Origin: the human T2T-CHM13v2.0 reference genome, Homo sapiens
Strand: one strand, 5' to 3'
NCBI RefSeq assembly: GCF_009914755.1
Contig: NC_060927.1
Length of the DNA stretch: 64,000 bases
Under the pieces are notes generated by a model. The model was not told the DNA's origin. It did not search any database and was given only the letters and a program-made list of their open reading frames with translations. Of this stretch, positions 11,723 to 24,684 are shown piece by piece. The translations under genes and the position numbers were made by a program. Each line of letters opens with the position of its first letter. Positions within the stretch are counted from its first letter, which is position 1.

Positions 11723-14189
11723 GTTTTGTAATTTCTAGAAAGAAATTAGCAAAAACTATAAATAATTGGATATATTTAAACATTTGAGTCTTGCCACAAC
11801 TTATGCAAATTTCTGGACCTTTATTAGTGCTTTCTTGACTCTTCTTAATATACTCTCAAAACATTTGTTATTTTTCTTCTTCCAACATTATTTTATATTA
11901 TTTGTCAGACTGCTAATTAATTGGCTAGTTCACTAATCTATTTTTTACTGGGATCTTGTTGTGATGGGCAAGAAATATCTATTAACCTCCTTGTCTTTCT
12001 TAATCTGTATAGCTTCAGCCAGACCTAGAAGTTTATCTGCTGAAGCTGTATACACCCCATCAGTAGCCCATCCTGCAGTTGGCTAACTCTGATTCCAAAT
12101 TCCTTTCCGGTGGCATCCATCTGCTGTGCAAAATGTTGTGAAAAGGCTTCCTATTGACTGTGATTCTCCAATGTGCAGAGCAGAGGGAATGACTTTCCTC
12201 TTGATAGACTTGGGTGTGTGAAGAACTATCCCTCTTATAACCGCAATGAAATTTGAGTACTGGAGCGAAATTTGGTAATTTCATCAGTTCATGGTGTTTT
12301 TTTTTTTTTTTAATGTAGTAATTTTCTGTTTTTAAAAGACTACTACTTCACAAAAGCCTAACAAGAAGATATAACACTAAGAGAAAACTTTGCTTATGGT
12401 TATCAATAAACTTTAGTTAATTAACAGTATAATAATTTTTGTATATAAATTGTATTAAAAGATATATACATTTTCCTCATTCCGCTCTTAGGCTACCTAT
12501 TATATATGTGATGTTGAATAGTTGCTTGTTTCTGCATGCTCATTATATTTTTTAATATCACGAATCTTTTAAAGAGAAATAATAATACCAAATCCTGTGA
12601 GCAATGCCATTTTTACAAATACTTCTCAATTAGCTTACATGTATTAATTTAAAGACCAATTTTGTTAGTTCTGAAAAACCATTTGAAATTTAAACAAGGC
12701 AGTTGAATCACACTTCGTGTTGTTGCTTTTTTTTTCCTGGTAGGTGGTAAACAAATGGAGCTATTTTAGGATCACAACCATTTAAAATGTAAGATTGAAA
12801 CATAAGCCAAGATTCAGCTATGACTTTGTTTTTCTGCAAGTAAAATTATTTGTTTTCTTCCCCAATGTTTATTCTTTCTTTCTTACAAAGTAATTGGATA
12901 GTGTTTTTCTCAAAGAACAGTGAACAAATATGTAATTTTGATACAGTAATGCATTGTTTTGTTGAGGCTAGGGTCCAACACAGTGGAGAAATATATTAGT
13001 TTCCTATTGAGAACACTGGTGCTCAAAATAACTGACAAAAGTCTGTTTCTCCTGAAAAGTGCATTTTGAAAAATTAGTTGTTCAGCGTGGTAGTTATTGC
13101 AAGAAAAAGCATCTGTTAACTGGAACAAGTTATGTTTTCTTGTGGAACAATGCAAAATTCAACTTTTGCATTCAAAGGAATTGGCAAAAAGCCTGAAATA
13201 TGTGGGTTTCACTTTTGCTTGACATCTCTTTGCAGTCCAGAGTCACCACAGGACAAAACATAATTACACAACAAATGACTTAAAGGAGTAATACAAATTT
13301 ATCTAAAATATTCAAGTTTGTGCCAGTGACAGTTCATTTATATGTTGAGATGATTAGTAAAACGCATGATAGGATTTTTTCCACTCTTAGTCAGAACACA
13401 AAATTCAGGTCTCAGCCATAACCTCCTGACATTTACAGATGCCAGATCTTTGTCCTACAGCAACTCAAATGAAATAATAGCATGATAGATATACGTACAA
13501 TTGTATTTATTCCCTTTTCTTTCAGACATTCTAATTTTTGCCAAATTTGATCCAGTGTGTTTATAACAATTGATTATTAGAATTCAGTTGTTGTTGCATA
13601 TCTACTTCAGTAGAAAAATAGATCAAGGAAACTTTCACTAGCTTCAGGTTGTGCATTTGGAAAAAAATGTGTAAATCTTTTACTTTCATGCCCAAATCAA
13701 ATATATCTGAAGTATAAGGAGCTACAATGTGAAGCTGACTAAAAGGAATGTTAATTTTAAAGCCTCAGTTATAAAATCTGTTCCCATAATTCTCAGAAGG
13801 CATTCCTCAGAAGGTTAGCAAAGTGGCACCTGACAGTTTCCTTTCACTGAGAAGTTACATGTTAAAATGAAAAGCATCTGCTTGGTGAATTTATCTATGC
13901 ATCTATGTTTCTAATTTTTGTAAAATAAATAGTATCTTAAGAAAAGCATTTGTTTTTGTGTATCACTATGCGTACTTATTAAATTGTTTATTGTTTGTTG
14001 CCATAACATGAAAATTTTCTTTGTGGTACAAATTCTTCACGGAGAATAGAATCTTAATGATTTCACATTTGCCTTTTTATTAAGTAATGAGACGTGCATA
14101 TTAGTGTGCTTCCCTTTTAACTATATTTACTAGGAAGCTCTGCCTACTTTTGTATTTAACTGTAAGTTTCCTTTATCCTAGATTGTCAT

Positions 14190-14556
14190 TGTTATGACTT
14201 GAATGCCTCCTCTAAAATACATGTTGAAATTTAATTACTATTGTGACAATATTAAGAGATAGGACCTTTAACAGGTGATTAGGTCATGAGGGCAAAGCCC
14301 TCAAGAGTGGATTAATGCCATTATTGCAGCTGTGGATTAATTATCAGGGGAGTTTGGCCCCCTTTCTTTCTCTGTCTTGCACACTTGCTTCAGCCTTCTG
14401 CCATGGGATGATGCAGCAAGAAAGGCCCTTACCAGATGCAGCCCCTCAATCTTGGACTTCCCTGCCTCTAGAACCATGAGCCAAATAAATTTCTTTTCTT
14501 TATAAATTATCCAATCTGTGATCTTTTGTTATAGTAGCAGAAAATGGACTAAGACA
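14190..14556 (+). mobile_element. MaLR solo LTR (MSTC/MSTD-like)
   Basis: tg...aca termini (gaaaatggactaagaca), internal AATAAA; 5-bp TSD gtcat at 14185-14189 and 14557-14561. Confidence 0.88.
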
Positions 14557-14929
14557 GTCATATACTTATTTTACACTTCTTGCCTCTTTCATTGATTGTA
14601 TCATTTTATTTTGTTCTATTGGTTATATTTTAGTCTATACTTTATTGTAAGCTATAATAAACTAAAAATTGAAATCAGAGCTCACTAAGTAATGCTGTTA
14701 TCCAGACTTTAATGGGTACCAATACATCTCTGAATGAATCAATACATGGATGAATAAACTTTCTGGAAATAAAAATATTTTAAAAAATGAATTGAAAGTA
14801 AATTTCAGAAACTTTAAAAGTAAAAGTTGACATCATGGAAGTAAATGACAATACAAAGGAAATAATGTCAACACAGAGAAGAAAGTTATGATAGAACATT
14901 AGAAAGACTTGCATTTAAAGGACAGAACT

Positions 14930-15200
14930 ATGCGAGGAGACAGGGAAGAACTGCAAAGGAAAATTCATAAAGAAGAGAGATTTTTAAAAATCTCTATCAG
15001 CATGTCCAGATGCTGCAGAAGACAGAAGAGACTGATTACTCCTCAAACAACAGATTTGTTTATAAGAAGGTCCAGATGACCTTCACGACAGCATTTTCAG
15101 TAAAATAGAGGCAAATTACAAGCAGATAAAGGGTATATAATAAGGAATAGATGAATTGTGACTATTGTTAGAAATTCAGCTGGGACATGAAGAAGAAAGA
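14930..15200 (-). mobile_element. L2 relic
   Basis: cagatgctgcagaagac...agaaggtccagatgaccttcacgacagcattttcagt. Confidence 0.45.
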
Positions 15201-17280
15201 TCCGCAAAGTAAGGGGACTGGGGAAGGGACCATATTTATAGGAACTGGGGAAAAGAAACCTACAACATACCATGGTGTGGAGTACGGGGTATGCAAAAAG
15301 TCCTGGTTGGAATATGAGGATATGTGGAAATTAATCCAGAAACCAATTTGATCTTGAGATGATAGGGTAGATCTCTGAAAAGAACAGTCCTTCTTTCAGA
15401 GAAGGATTTAATAGAAGTGTAAGGAGAGTAATGACACAGAGAGTTTTTAAAATAGAGAAAAGGTGAATTCAAATTTCTTACTTCAGACTCAAAGTTTTTA
15501 TTTAAAAATAAAAAAATAATAAACTCAGAATGCAAGGGAGATGGGTTCAGTGAAGAAGGGAAAATAATAGTTCAGTTATTTGTTGTAACTACAAAAGAAA
15601 GTCAATGAAGTATTTTTCAAGCAGCAGTGAGAACCCAACTAAATATGCAGGATCTCCAATCAGATTTTGTTTAATGTTTCCAGGATCCCTGGATCAGTTG
15701 GAACTTTGGAGAGGTAAAGAAGACAGTAGGGGATTGAGAGCAAAAGCTAGAAATTCAGCCATTATATGATTCCTTTTTAAGAGATTTTTGTTCCTAAAAG
15801 ACAATTATTAAATCCTAATATTGAGACATTGCCTGTTGTTGCAAGCAACACCATGTGCTAGAGGAAATAGGATGAGGCCCATACACCAGACTGGGTGGTT
15901 ACTACTGGGGTAAATATGTGCAGATGCTTGGATTTTCTGAATTTTTAACTTACCTGTGAAATAGCAAAAATGACCTATGTATTTGTAAAACTAAATGTGA
16001 TAATGTTTTTAACACGTTTAACCTATAATGGTCAATAGCCAGCAAATCATAGACACATGTTAACATCTATTAAATTTACTCTTGTCTAATTCTTTTGAAT
16101 TTTAGGTTCTAGCAATTTGGTAGATTAAATAAATGTGACATTTCATCATTCTCTCCTCTTGTTAAAATTTCAGCATTCATTAATTTCACCTTTCTGCATT
16201 TAGTCTTGAGATTTCTTCCACAGGTCATTGTCTAGATTTTGTCATTCCTTTTGCTTCCCCAAAGTAATGTCATATGGCCACAAGGAAAGAAATACCCTTT
16301 GCTAATATGTGGCAGTTTTTCTTTTGTCCCTTGCCTTCATCTAGGTCAATATTAGTGATCTCTATTTATGGCTTTTTCCTGGCAAAAGAAATAACAGTTG
16401 TCAACTTAGCCTTGAACTGACCACGATATTTTCTCTATTAACCTAGCCCAAAACATGTTGTTGTCAGCTTCTATATACACTTCATTTTTAATTTTCCATG
16501 GAATTTTAGTCTTCTCCCTGCCAACATCTTTGGGATTTTTTGTAAGCTATTAAAAAATAAAAACAAAAAAGCAAAAAACAAACAAACAACAACAGCATAA
16601 ACAAAGCAAAATCTCTCACCTACCTTGGGAGACATCAAAATTTCTGACTGCTTTCATAATCTTTTTTTCTTGGTACTTGTGGGATTTTTATTATATATAA
16701 AAGATAAATCTTTAAGATATATGTTTGAACATTAAAAGTAGTCATAATGCAGATTTATTTCCCAAGAATTTTGAATTTATGGTCTTGTTTTAAAAACCAC
16801 TTTATTTTCACCTCTTCACAGATAATTTTAACTGAATCTGTGACAAAATAAGTTTCTATTCCATATTTGTATTATCTTAGATTAATGTTCTGTTAGTGAA
16901 ACCCTTTACCTATGACCGACCATTACTGAAACCATGTAAGTAATACTCCCTAAAGCTGTCTCCAGCTTTATAAGTATTAAGCTGCTGCTTTAAATTTACT
17001 TTTTAGGTGTAGGCTCACCTCAAATTTGTTTTCCTCTAATAATATCTCTCTAAGCAATAATTTCATGGATCTTTCTGAAGGGTATACTTGCTCCCAAATA
17101 TATGCTTTTCATCAGGAGAAGGCTTTAAATAGATTGATAATTATCACATTTGGAGCCATCTTAAATGAAGATGAGGAATTTCCCCTTGCTGTTGGGATCC
17201 TTTCTCCTTTTATCCTTTACTTCTTCTTCAACCCTATATCTAAACTATCAGTAAATTCTGTGGTATCTTCCTTCACTCCG

Positions 17281-17656
17281 TGTATTAGTCTGCTTTCACA
17301 CTGCTGTAAAGAACTTTCCTAAGACTTGGTAATTTATAAAGGAATGAGGTTTAATTGACTCACAGTTCCACATGACTGGGGAGGCCTCAGGAAACTTACA
17401 GTCATGGTGGAAGGAGAAGCAGGAACCTTCTCAACAAGGCAGCAAGAAAGAAAGCAGCTCAAGCAAGGGAAATGCCAGATGCTTATGAAACCATCAGATC
17501 TCATGAGTATTTACTCACTGTTATGAGAACAGCATGAGGGAAACTGCCCTCATGATCCAATCACCCCCCAAAAGGTCCCTCCCTAGACACGTGGGGATTG
17601 TGGGGATTATGATTTGAGGTGAGGTTTGGGTCAGCACACAAAGCCAAACCATATCA
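17281..17656 (-). mobile_element. MaLR solo LTR, THE1D-like, inserted in an L2
   Basis: tgtattagtctg...gggaggcctcaggaaacttaca...gccaaaccatatca; TSD not clear. Confidence 0.9.
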
Positions 17657-18405
17657 CCTCATATCCAGCTTATGGCTACTTCTCACCATCCTAGTTCATG
17701 CTTTTGTCTTTTTTTTCCATATGCTATTAAAATAGTTCCTTGCTGAACTCTGTGCCTCTTCCCCTGCTTCTCTTCTACATCATAGGCTTAATACAGTAGC
17801 AAAGTGGTCCTCTAAAAACATTTTTCAGATGACCTCACTCTTCTGCCCAACTCCCCCCAACCCAATAGTTTCCCATCTCTTTTGGAGTAAAATACAAAGT
17901 CCTACAATAAACAGTTGGCCTTACATGACTTAGGCCCTCTGCTATCTCTCCAACATCTTTTCTTACCACTCTTGTTCTTATTCTGATGACCACACATATT
18001 GACTTCTTCCTCCTAGTTGAATGCACTAATGCCTTTAATTGTCGAGCTTTCTGCTCCCTTTACCTGAAATCATTCCCCTGGATGAGCTCATGCCTCACTC
18101 CCTTGCTTCTTATAGATGTCTGTTTAAATTTTACCTTACCAGTGATGTCTTCCCAGATCACTCCAAGTAGAATAAAAGAGCAAATCAGTCAACATCTCAC
18201 CCAGTATAATCTTTCCCTATTTCCCTTCTTTATCTTTCTCCATAGCACTCATTGCTATTTGACGTAATAGATTGCTATCTCTCTCTTCTCTCTAGGAAGA
18301 AATCGCCACAGGACAGGAATTTGTTCGTTGCTCTTTCTCAGTACCATAAACAAATGCCTGGAGTAGACTTCAGTGCTCAAATATTATATGTTAAATGGAA
18401 GAATA
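17657..18405 (+). mobile_element. L2 3' segment
   Basis: L2 motifs ending caggacaggaatttgttc...aatgcctggagtag...gctcaaatattatatgttaaatg. Confidence 0.6.
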
Positions 18406-18966
18406 AGCATATGTATAGATCCTACTACCTGTTGTAACACAACATATTCCTTATTGAACTCTAACGCTAAAGGACTCTAGTCAATTGATTTTTCAGCATA
18501 TTTCCCCAAAATTTTTGCAGAAATCAGTCTCCTGTTTTTGCCACCTTCTTTGCTGACTACCTGCCTCTAAGATATTTTTTCAATTTACAAATCTACCCTG
18601 AAAAGCAGTTAAACAAAATGATAAAATGCCCAGGATAACACTTTAATACTTCTTATCAGTTAAGTTAGAAAGTATGCTAGGACAGATAGAATGAACCTAT
18701 TATAAATACTGAGCACTTGTACTGCGTTATTTATGCTAAAATACGGTTTTGTATTATGCATTAATTTCAATATCTGAGCTAGTCATATAACTATTACCTT
18801 ATCTGTATTTCTGTCTTTCAGAGATACAAGATTAAAGTTCTTAAGCTCCAGAAAAGGCCAAGGTATGTGGTGCCTTAATGATACTGTGCACCATGCAGAT
18901 AAATATTATGTACCTCCTCACACTGATTTTTAAAAAATATTTGTTCAATAGAGTTTAAAGATGAGG

Positions 18967-19411
18967 GGTCAGGTGCGGCAGCTAATCGTAGCACTTTGGG
19001 AGGCCGAGGCAGGAGGATCATAAGGTCAGGAGATCAAACCATCCTGGCTAACATGGTGAAACCCCATCTCTACTAAAAAATACAGAAAAATTAGCTGGGC
19101 GTGGTGGCGGGTGCCTGTAGTCCCAGCTACTTGGGAGGCTGAGGCAGAGAATGGCGTGAACCCAGGAGGCAGAGCTTGCAGTGAGCTGAGATCGCACAAC
19201 TGCCCTCCAGCCTGGGCAACAGAGCGAGACTCCATCTCAAAAAAAAAAAAAATTTGCTGGACGTGATGGTGCACACCTGTAATCCCAGCTACTCTGAGGT
19301 TGAGGCAGGAGAATCGCTTGAATCCAAGAGGCAGAGGTTGCAGTGATCTGAGATCACACCACTGCACTCCAGCCAGGATGACAGAGTGAGACTCTGTCTC
19401 AAAAAAAAAAA
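18967..19411 (+). mobile_element. Trimeric Alu (AluY-type dimer plus extra S-type right arm) within one TSD
   Basis: TSD agagtttaaag(a/g)tgagg at 18950-18966 and 19412-19428. Confidence 0.93.
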
Positions 19412-21169
19412 AGAGTTTAAAGGTGAGGATGGGGATTTTGTAGGAAAGGAAACTAAGAAAGACACTTGGTGGGAGATGAGGTACCTTATCCATTGTCATG
19501 TGTCAATTCCACTCTGTCTCTAAACTTAGACTTCACCCCTCCCCACTGGGTAAAATAAAAACCTTGTTTTCATTTTTTGCCAGGCTTCTCAGCAACATCT
19601 TTTGGGATCTTACCTGTCCCATTCCAAGTAGCTTAAAAAAATAGTCCTTTCAGCCTCATACACTCACTGAGAGGAGTTCTATAAATAATCTTTTTTCTCC
19701 AGCTGTGTGCCCTTATAGATTAGTGCCCTGGGCAAGGGCCCAGCTGACTGACCCTTAATCCTGGCCTAGTCAAGATCTTACAGTTCTACCTGTTATTTGG
19801 GAAAGGTGAAGATTGTTCTTGCTAAAATTAGCAATATTTTAGTAAAATTAGCTAATATTTCTTAGCTATAATCAGTTGAATCCAATCTTTTAAATTTGCT
19901 ACCTAAGTAAGCCCTTCAGAATATCAGCATTTTTTATTGTTATCATGGCTAGAAATCAAGCTTCAAAAACAAACAAACAAACAAACAAACAAAACTGTGT
20001 TTTTGCCAAAATCTAAGTTAACATTTAAAGTCAAAGAAAATTGCTTCTCTAAGGATTGGTTAAATGAATGAATCAACCAAATTGTACTGTGGTTAAGTTT
20101 GTTTGCTTTATTTTGCATTTAATTTACATTCCTGGGCAGGTTGTAAATGGCCTCTTAGGGTAGCTGTTAAGGAGCTTTATTCACTAATATGGACTGCCAG
20201 GGGATCTGTGGGACTCTGTTCTACATAGGTCAATGCTAACGGGTGCACAAAGGCAAAGGCAGCAATGACGGCTGGAGGGTTGGTGCCTTGTTAAATACCA
20301 CAAGAGGAGGCAAGGATAGTGGAACAGCCAAGGTCAAAGCCCATGTAAAACCTCAGTAAGCTTAGTAGATTTTTTGTTTGTTTGTTTGTTTGTTCTTGTT
20401 CATTTGTTTGTTTCAATTCCAAAACCACCATTTCCAACAAGTGAAGCAAAGTTGGGTCTGGGGGAGGTTGGGATATCCATCAGTTTCAAAGCAATAGGTT
20501 TATGACTATTTATGTCTTTCTGGTAATGAGCAGAGACTAGATTAGATAAAATTGTCAATTATATTTTGTTACCTCTTAAAGGAAAGTGAAGAGGGAGGAA
20601 AAAGAAGATTACTTTAATACCTGTTAGTACTATGTAATTGTGTCCAGTATTCATTAGGGCCAGGTGGAATCTCAGGACTCTTCAAATGACCCTAAATCAC
20701 CCCGAGGGTTCTTGGTACAAAATCTGGATGCTATTTCTCTAGCCACACTTAAGAATTCCCCATTCTAAAATGAGATTGGTTTTGCTAGTATAACCCAGAA
20801 ATCAGTTGCCAGCATACTTAAGTCCTGCAGCCTACCAGGACTACCATGCACTTCAAGATTTTAATAAATCTGCTCTCAACCTCTTCTTATTGTTTGGAGA
20901 GAAAACAAGCATTCTACCAAATAATTAGGAGTACTTAAAGATTTTAAGCTTTACTTTCACTAAATTTTATGCTTCTACTTTACATTTAATCACCATTTCC
21001 TTTTCCATGCTTAATTAACCCCACTGAAAAAAAGTCTCAATTTCTAATACCTCAGAATATTATAAAAATAAGGCAGTGATATTATACCATTTCACTTCAT
21101 TTTTAATTCAGCTTCAGTGGAACAATTTTTCTCATGAGTTATATTTTCATGCTTCTTGCAGGTATTGCA

Positions 21170-21905
21170 ATTTTTTTAGTTCAGTTGCCAGTGTGAATTT
21201 AACCCTTTTATGCCTAGATATTTTCATATTCTTGTGAATATTCTTGACTTTTGTTCTGCATGTGGTTATTTGGCAAGAGTTTGATCCTTTTGGGCTTTAG
21301 TTTTAATGTTAGACCAGAGAAGAACTAAGGCTAATATTTCTCCAACAATGAGGCAAGATTTTTGTTTTTAAGGTCTCAATTTGTCACCCAGGCTGGAGTA
21401 CAGTGGTATCATCACTGCAGCCTTGAAATCTTGGGCCCAAGCAAGCCTCCCACCTCAGCTTTCCCCATAGCTAGTACTTCTTGCCAATGCCCTCTAAATT
21501 ATGAGGTTTTCTAGTCTGGCTGTTGCATAGAGGCACTGTTTTGATCCTGGGTTCTGTTTTGACCCTGTGTGGTCTCTGAGTGTTGTTCCCTTGAATCCTT
21601 CCACGTGGTTCTTTTCCTGAACTACCATTCATATATTGACCAGTAGTATAATGAACCCTTGAAGGGTTCTCACATCTTGGGTACTCTGCCTTGTAATTTC
21701 TAGCCGCTTTGGCCTTCCTGGACTTGCCGTTGCATCTCATCAATTTAGGGAGACTGCAGAGTTCTGCCTGGGTTTCTTTTCTCTTCTTGCCAAGTCCCTA
21801 GAGAGTAAGCTGAGCAATATAAGGGCTCAATTTATTTGATTTGTGACTGTCAAGGATCACTGCCCTTTGTTGTCTGATAACCAGTGTCTTATGTATCATT
21901 GTTTC
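21170..21905 (-). mobile_element. Old L1M 5'-region fragment containing an Alu right-monomer piece (about 21360-21472)
   Basis: gagtttgatccttttggg...atgaggttttctagtctggctg...gatcactgccctttgttgtctga; Alu piece gtcacccaggctggagtacagtgg. Confidence 0.55.
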
Positions 21906-23963
21906 AGATTTTTTTTTTACAGCAGCAAGAGAGAAATAAAAGAACAATAGATCTACAAAACAATCAGAAAATAACTAACAAATTGGCAATAGTAAGTATG
22001 TCAATATCAATAATTACCTTGAATGTTAATGAATTAAATTCTGCAATCAAAAGACATAAAGTGGCTGAGTGAATTAAAAAACAAGACTCAATTATATTTT
22101 GTCCACAAGAGACCCACTTCACCTTTGAGGACATACATAGAATGAAAGTGAAGAGATGGAAAAAGATATTCCATACAAATGGAAACCAAAAGAGAGCAGG
22201 AGTAGATATAGATACATAAGATAAAATAGACTTTAACTAAAAAAATGATAAAATCGGACAAAGAAAGTCATTACATAATGAAAGAGGACTAATTCATTAG
22301 AGGATTTAACAACTATAAATATATACGCTTCTGGTTTATAGAAGCATATAGCTATATAGAAGCAAGGTATGTAGAAGTACCTAAACACATAAAGCAAATA
22401 TTAATAGATCTGAAGAGATAAATTGTAATACAATAATAGTAGGAGACTTTAATACCTCACTGTCAGCAATAGATAGATCATCTAGACAGAAAATCAATAT
22501 GAAAATATTGGACTGAAACTACACTTTTGGTCAAATGGACCTAACTGACACATACAGAACATTCCATCCAACAGCAGCAGAATGCACATTTTTCTGAAGT
22601 GCACATAAAACATTCTTCGAGATAGATACTATGTTAGGTCACAAAACAAGTTGTAAAAATGTAAAAAAATTGAAATCATATCAAATATATTTTCTGACCA
22701 CAATGCTATAAAACTAGAAACCAGTAACGGGAATTTTGAAAGATTCACAAATACACGAAAATTAAATAACATGCTTCTGAACAACCAATGGGTCAAAGAA
22801 GAAATTAGAAGAGAAATTTTAAAATATTTTGAAACACAAAAATTGACACACAACATACCAAATCTTCTAGGACACAACAAAATTGGTTCCAAGAGAAAAC
22901 TTTATAGCAGTAAGTAATTACATCCAAAAGAGGAAAGATTTCTAATAAACAACCTAACATTATATCTTAAGGAACTAGAAAAAGAACAAACTAAGCCCAA
23001 AAAGTTAGTAAGAGGAAGGAAATAGCAAGGATCAGAGTAGAAATAAATGAAATAGAGACTAGATAAACAATAGAAAAGATCCACAAAACTGAGTTGTTTT
23101 TTCTAAAAAGATAAACAAAATTGATCAACTTTCACCTTTTTATTTTTACAGAAGCAAGAGAGAAATAAAAGAATAATAGATCTACAAAACAAAGAAAAGA
23201 CTCACATAAATAAAGAAGACATTGCAACTGATACCACAGAAGGAATCATGAACCTATTAGGAACAATTACATGCCAACAAATTAGATAACCTAGAAAAAA
23301 TGGATAAATTTCTAGACAAATTCAATTGACCAAGACTAAACTATGAAGAAGTAGAAAATCTGCACAGACTAATAATGAGTAAGAATATTGAATAAATGAT
23401 ATAATGTCTCCCATTAAAGAAAAGCCCAGAAAATGATGGCTTCCCTGTTAAATTCTACCAAATATTTAAAGAATTAGCACCAAATATTCTCATTTTTTCC
23501 CAAAAATTGAAGAGGAGAGAATACTTTCAAATTTATTTTTCGCAGCCAATATTACCCTATTATCAAAGCCAGACAAGAACACCACAGGAAAAGAAAGTGC
23601 AGGCAATATCCTTGAGGAACATAGATGCAAAAATTCTCAATAAAATACTAGTAAACAAAATTCAAGAGCACATTAAAAAGACAATTCATGATAATCAAGT
23701 GGGACTTATCCCTGGGATGCAAGGATTGTTTGGCTTATGCAAAGCTATAAATGTGATACCACATTAACAAATAAAGGGCAAAAAAAAATCATCTCAATAA
23801 ATGCAGAAAAAAAAGCACAATTCAACATCCTTTTATGCTTAAAAGCTCTCAACAAATTAGCTATAGAAGAAATGTACTTCAATGCAATAAAAGCCATATA
23901 TGAAAAGCCCACAGCTAACATGATACTCAATGGTGAAAAGTTGAAAACGTTTCTTCCAAGATC

Positions 23964-24684
23964 AGGAACAAGACAAGGATGCCCACTCTTGCCATTTCTA
24001 TTCAACATAGTACTGGGAGTGGTAGCCAGAGCAATTAGACAAGAGAAATAAATGAAACATATCCAAATTAGAAAGGAGGAAGTTAAATTGTCCCTGTTTG
24101 CAAGTGAAATAACCTGATATATGGAAAATCCTAAAGACTCCACCAAAAAGCTGTTCAAACTAATAAAAGAATTCAGTAAAGTGGCAGGATGCAAAATTAA
24201 CATGAAAAATCTGTAGCACTTCTATACACTAGCAATAAACTATCTAAAAAGTAAAATCATGAAAACAATCCCATTTATAGTAGCTACACATGCATGCACA
24301 TGAAAGCACACACACACACAAACAAGGAACAAGACAAGGGTGCCCATTCTTGCCATTTCTATTCAACATAGTACTGGAAATAGTAGCCAGAGCAATTAGA
24401 CAAGAGAAATGAATGAAACGTATCCAAATTAGAAAGGAAAAAGTTAAATTGTCCCTGTTTGCAGGTGAAATAACCTGAAATATAGAAAATCCTAAAGACT
24501 CCACCAAAAAGCTGTTTGAACTAATAATAGAATTCAGTAAAGTGGCAGGATGCAAAATTAACATGAAAAATCAGTAGCACTTCTATACACTAGCAATAAA
24601 CTATCTAAAAAGTAAATCATGAAAACAATCCCATTTATAGTAGCTACACATGCATGCACATGCAAGCGCACACACACACAAACA
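23964..24684 (+). repeat. About 360-bp tandem duplication within L1 ORF2
   Basis: Copies 23964-24324 and 24325-24684; about 18 substitutions plus 1 indel by eye. Confidence 0.95.

Noticed and set aside
19026-19499. 157-aa ORF and other ORFs with AQAGVQW / SASQVAG motifs (5003, 35481, 46196, 51012, 61931)
   Set aside because: Antisense Alu reading frames
19966-20412. (AAAC)n and (TTTG)n in opposite orientation
   Set aside because: Short, very common simple repeats with no homologous flanks
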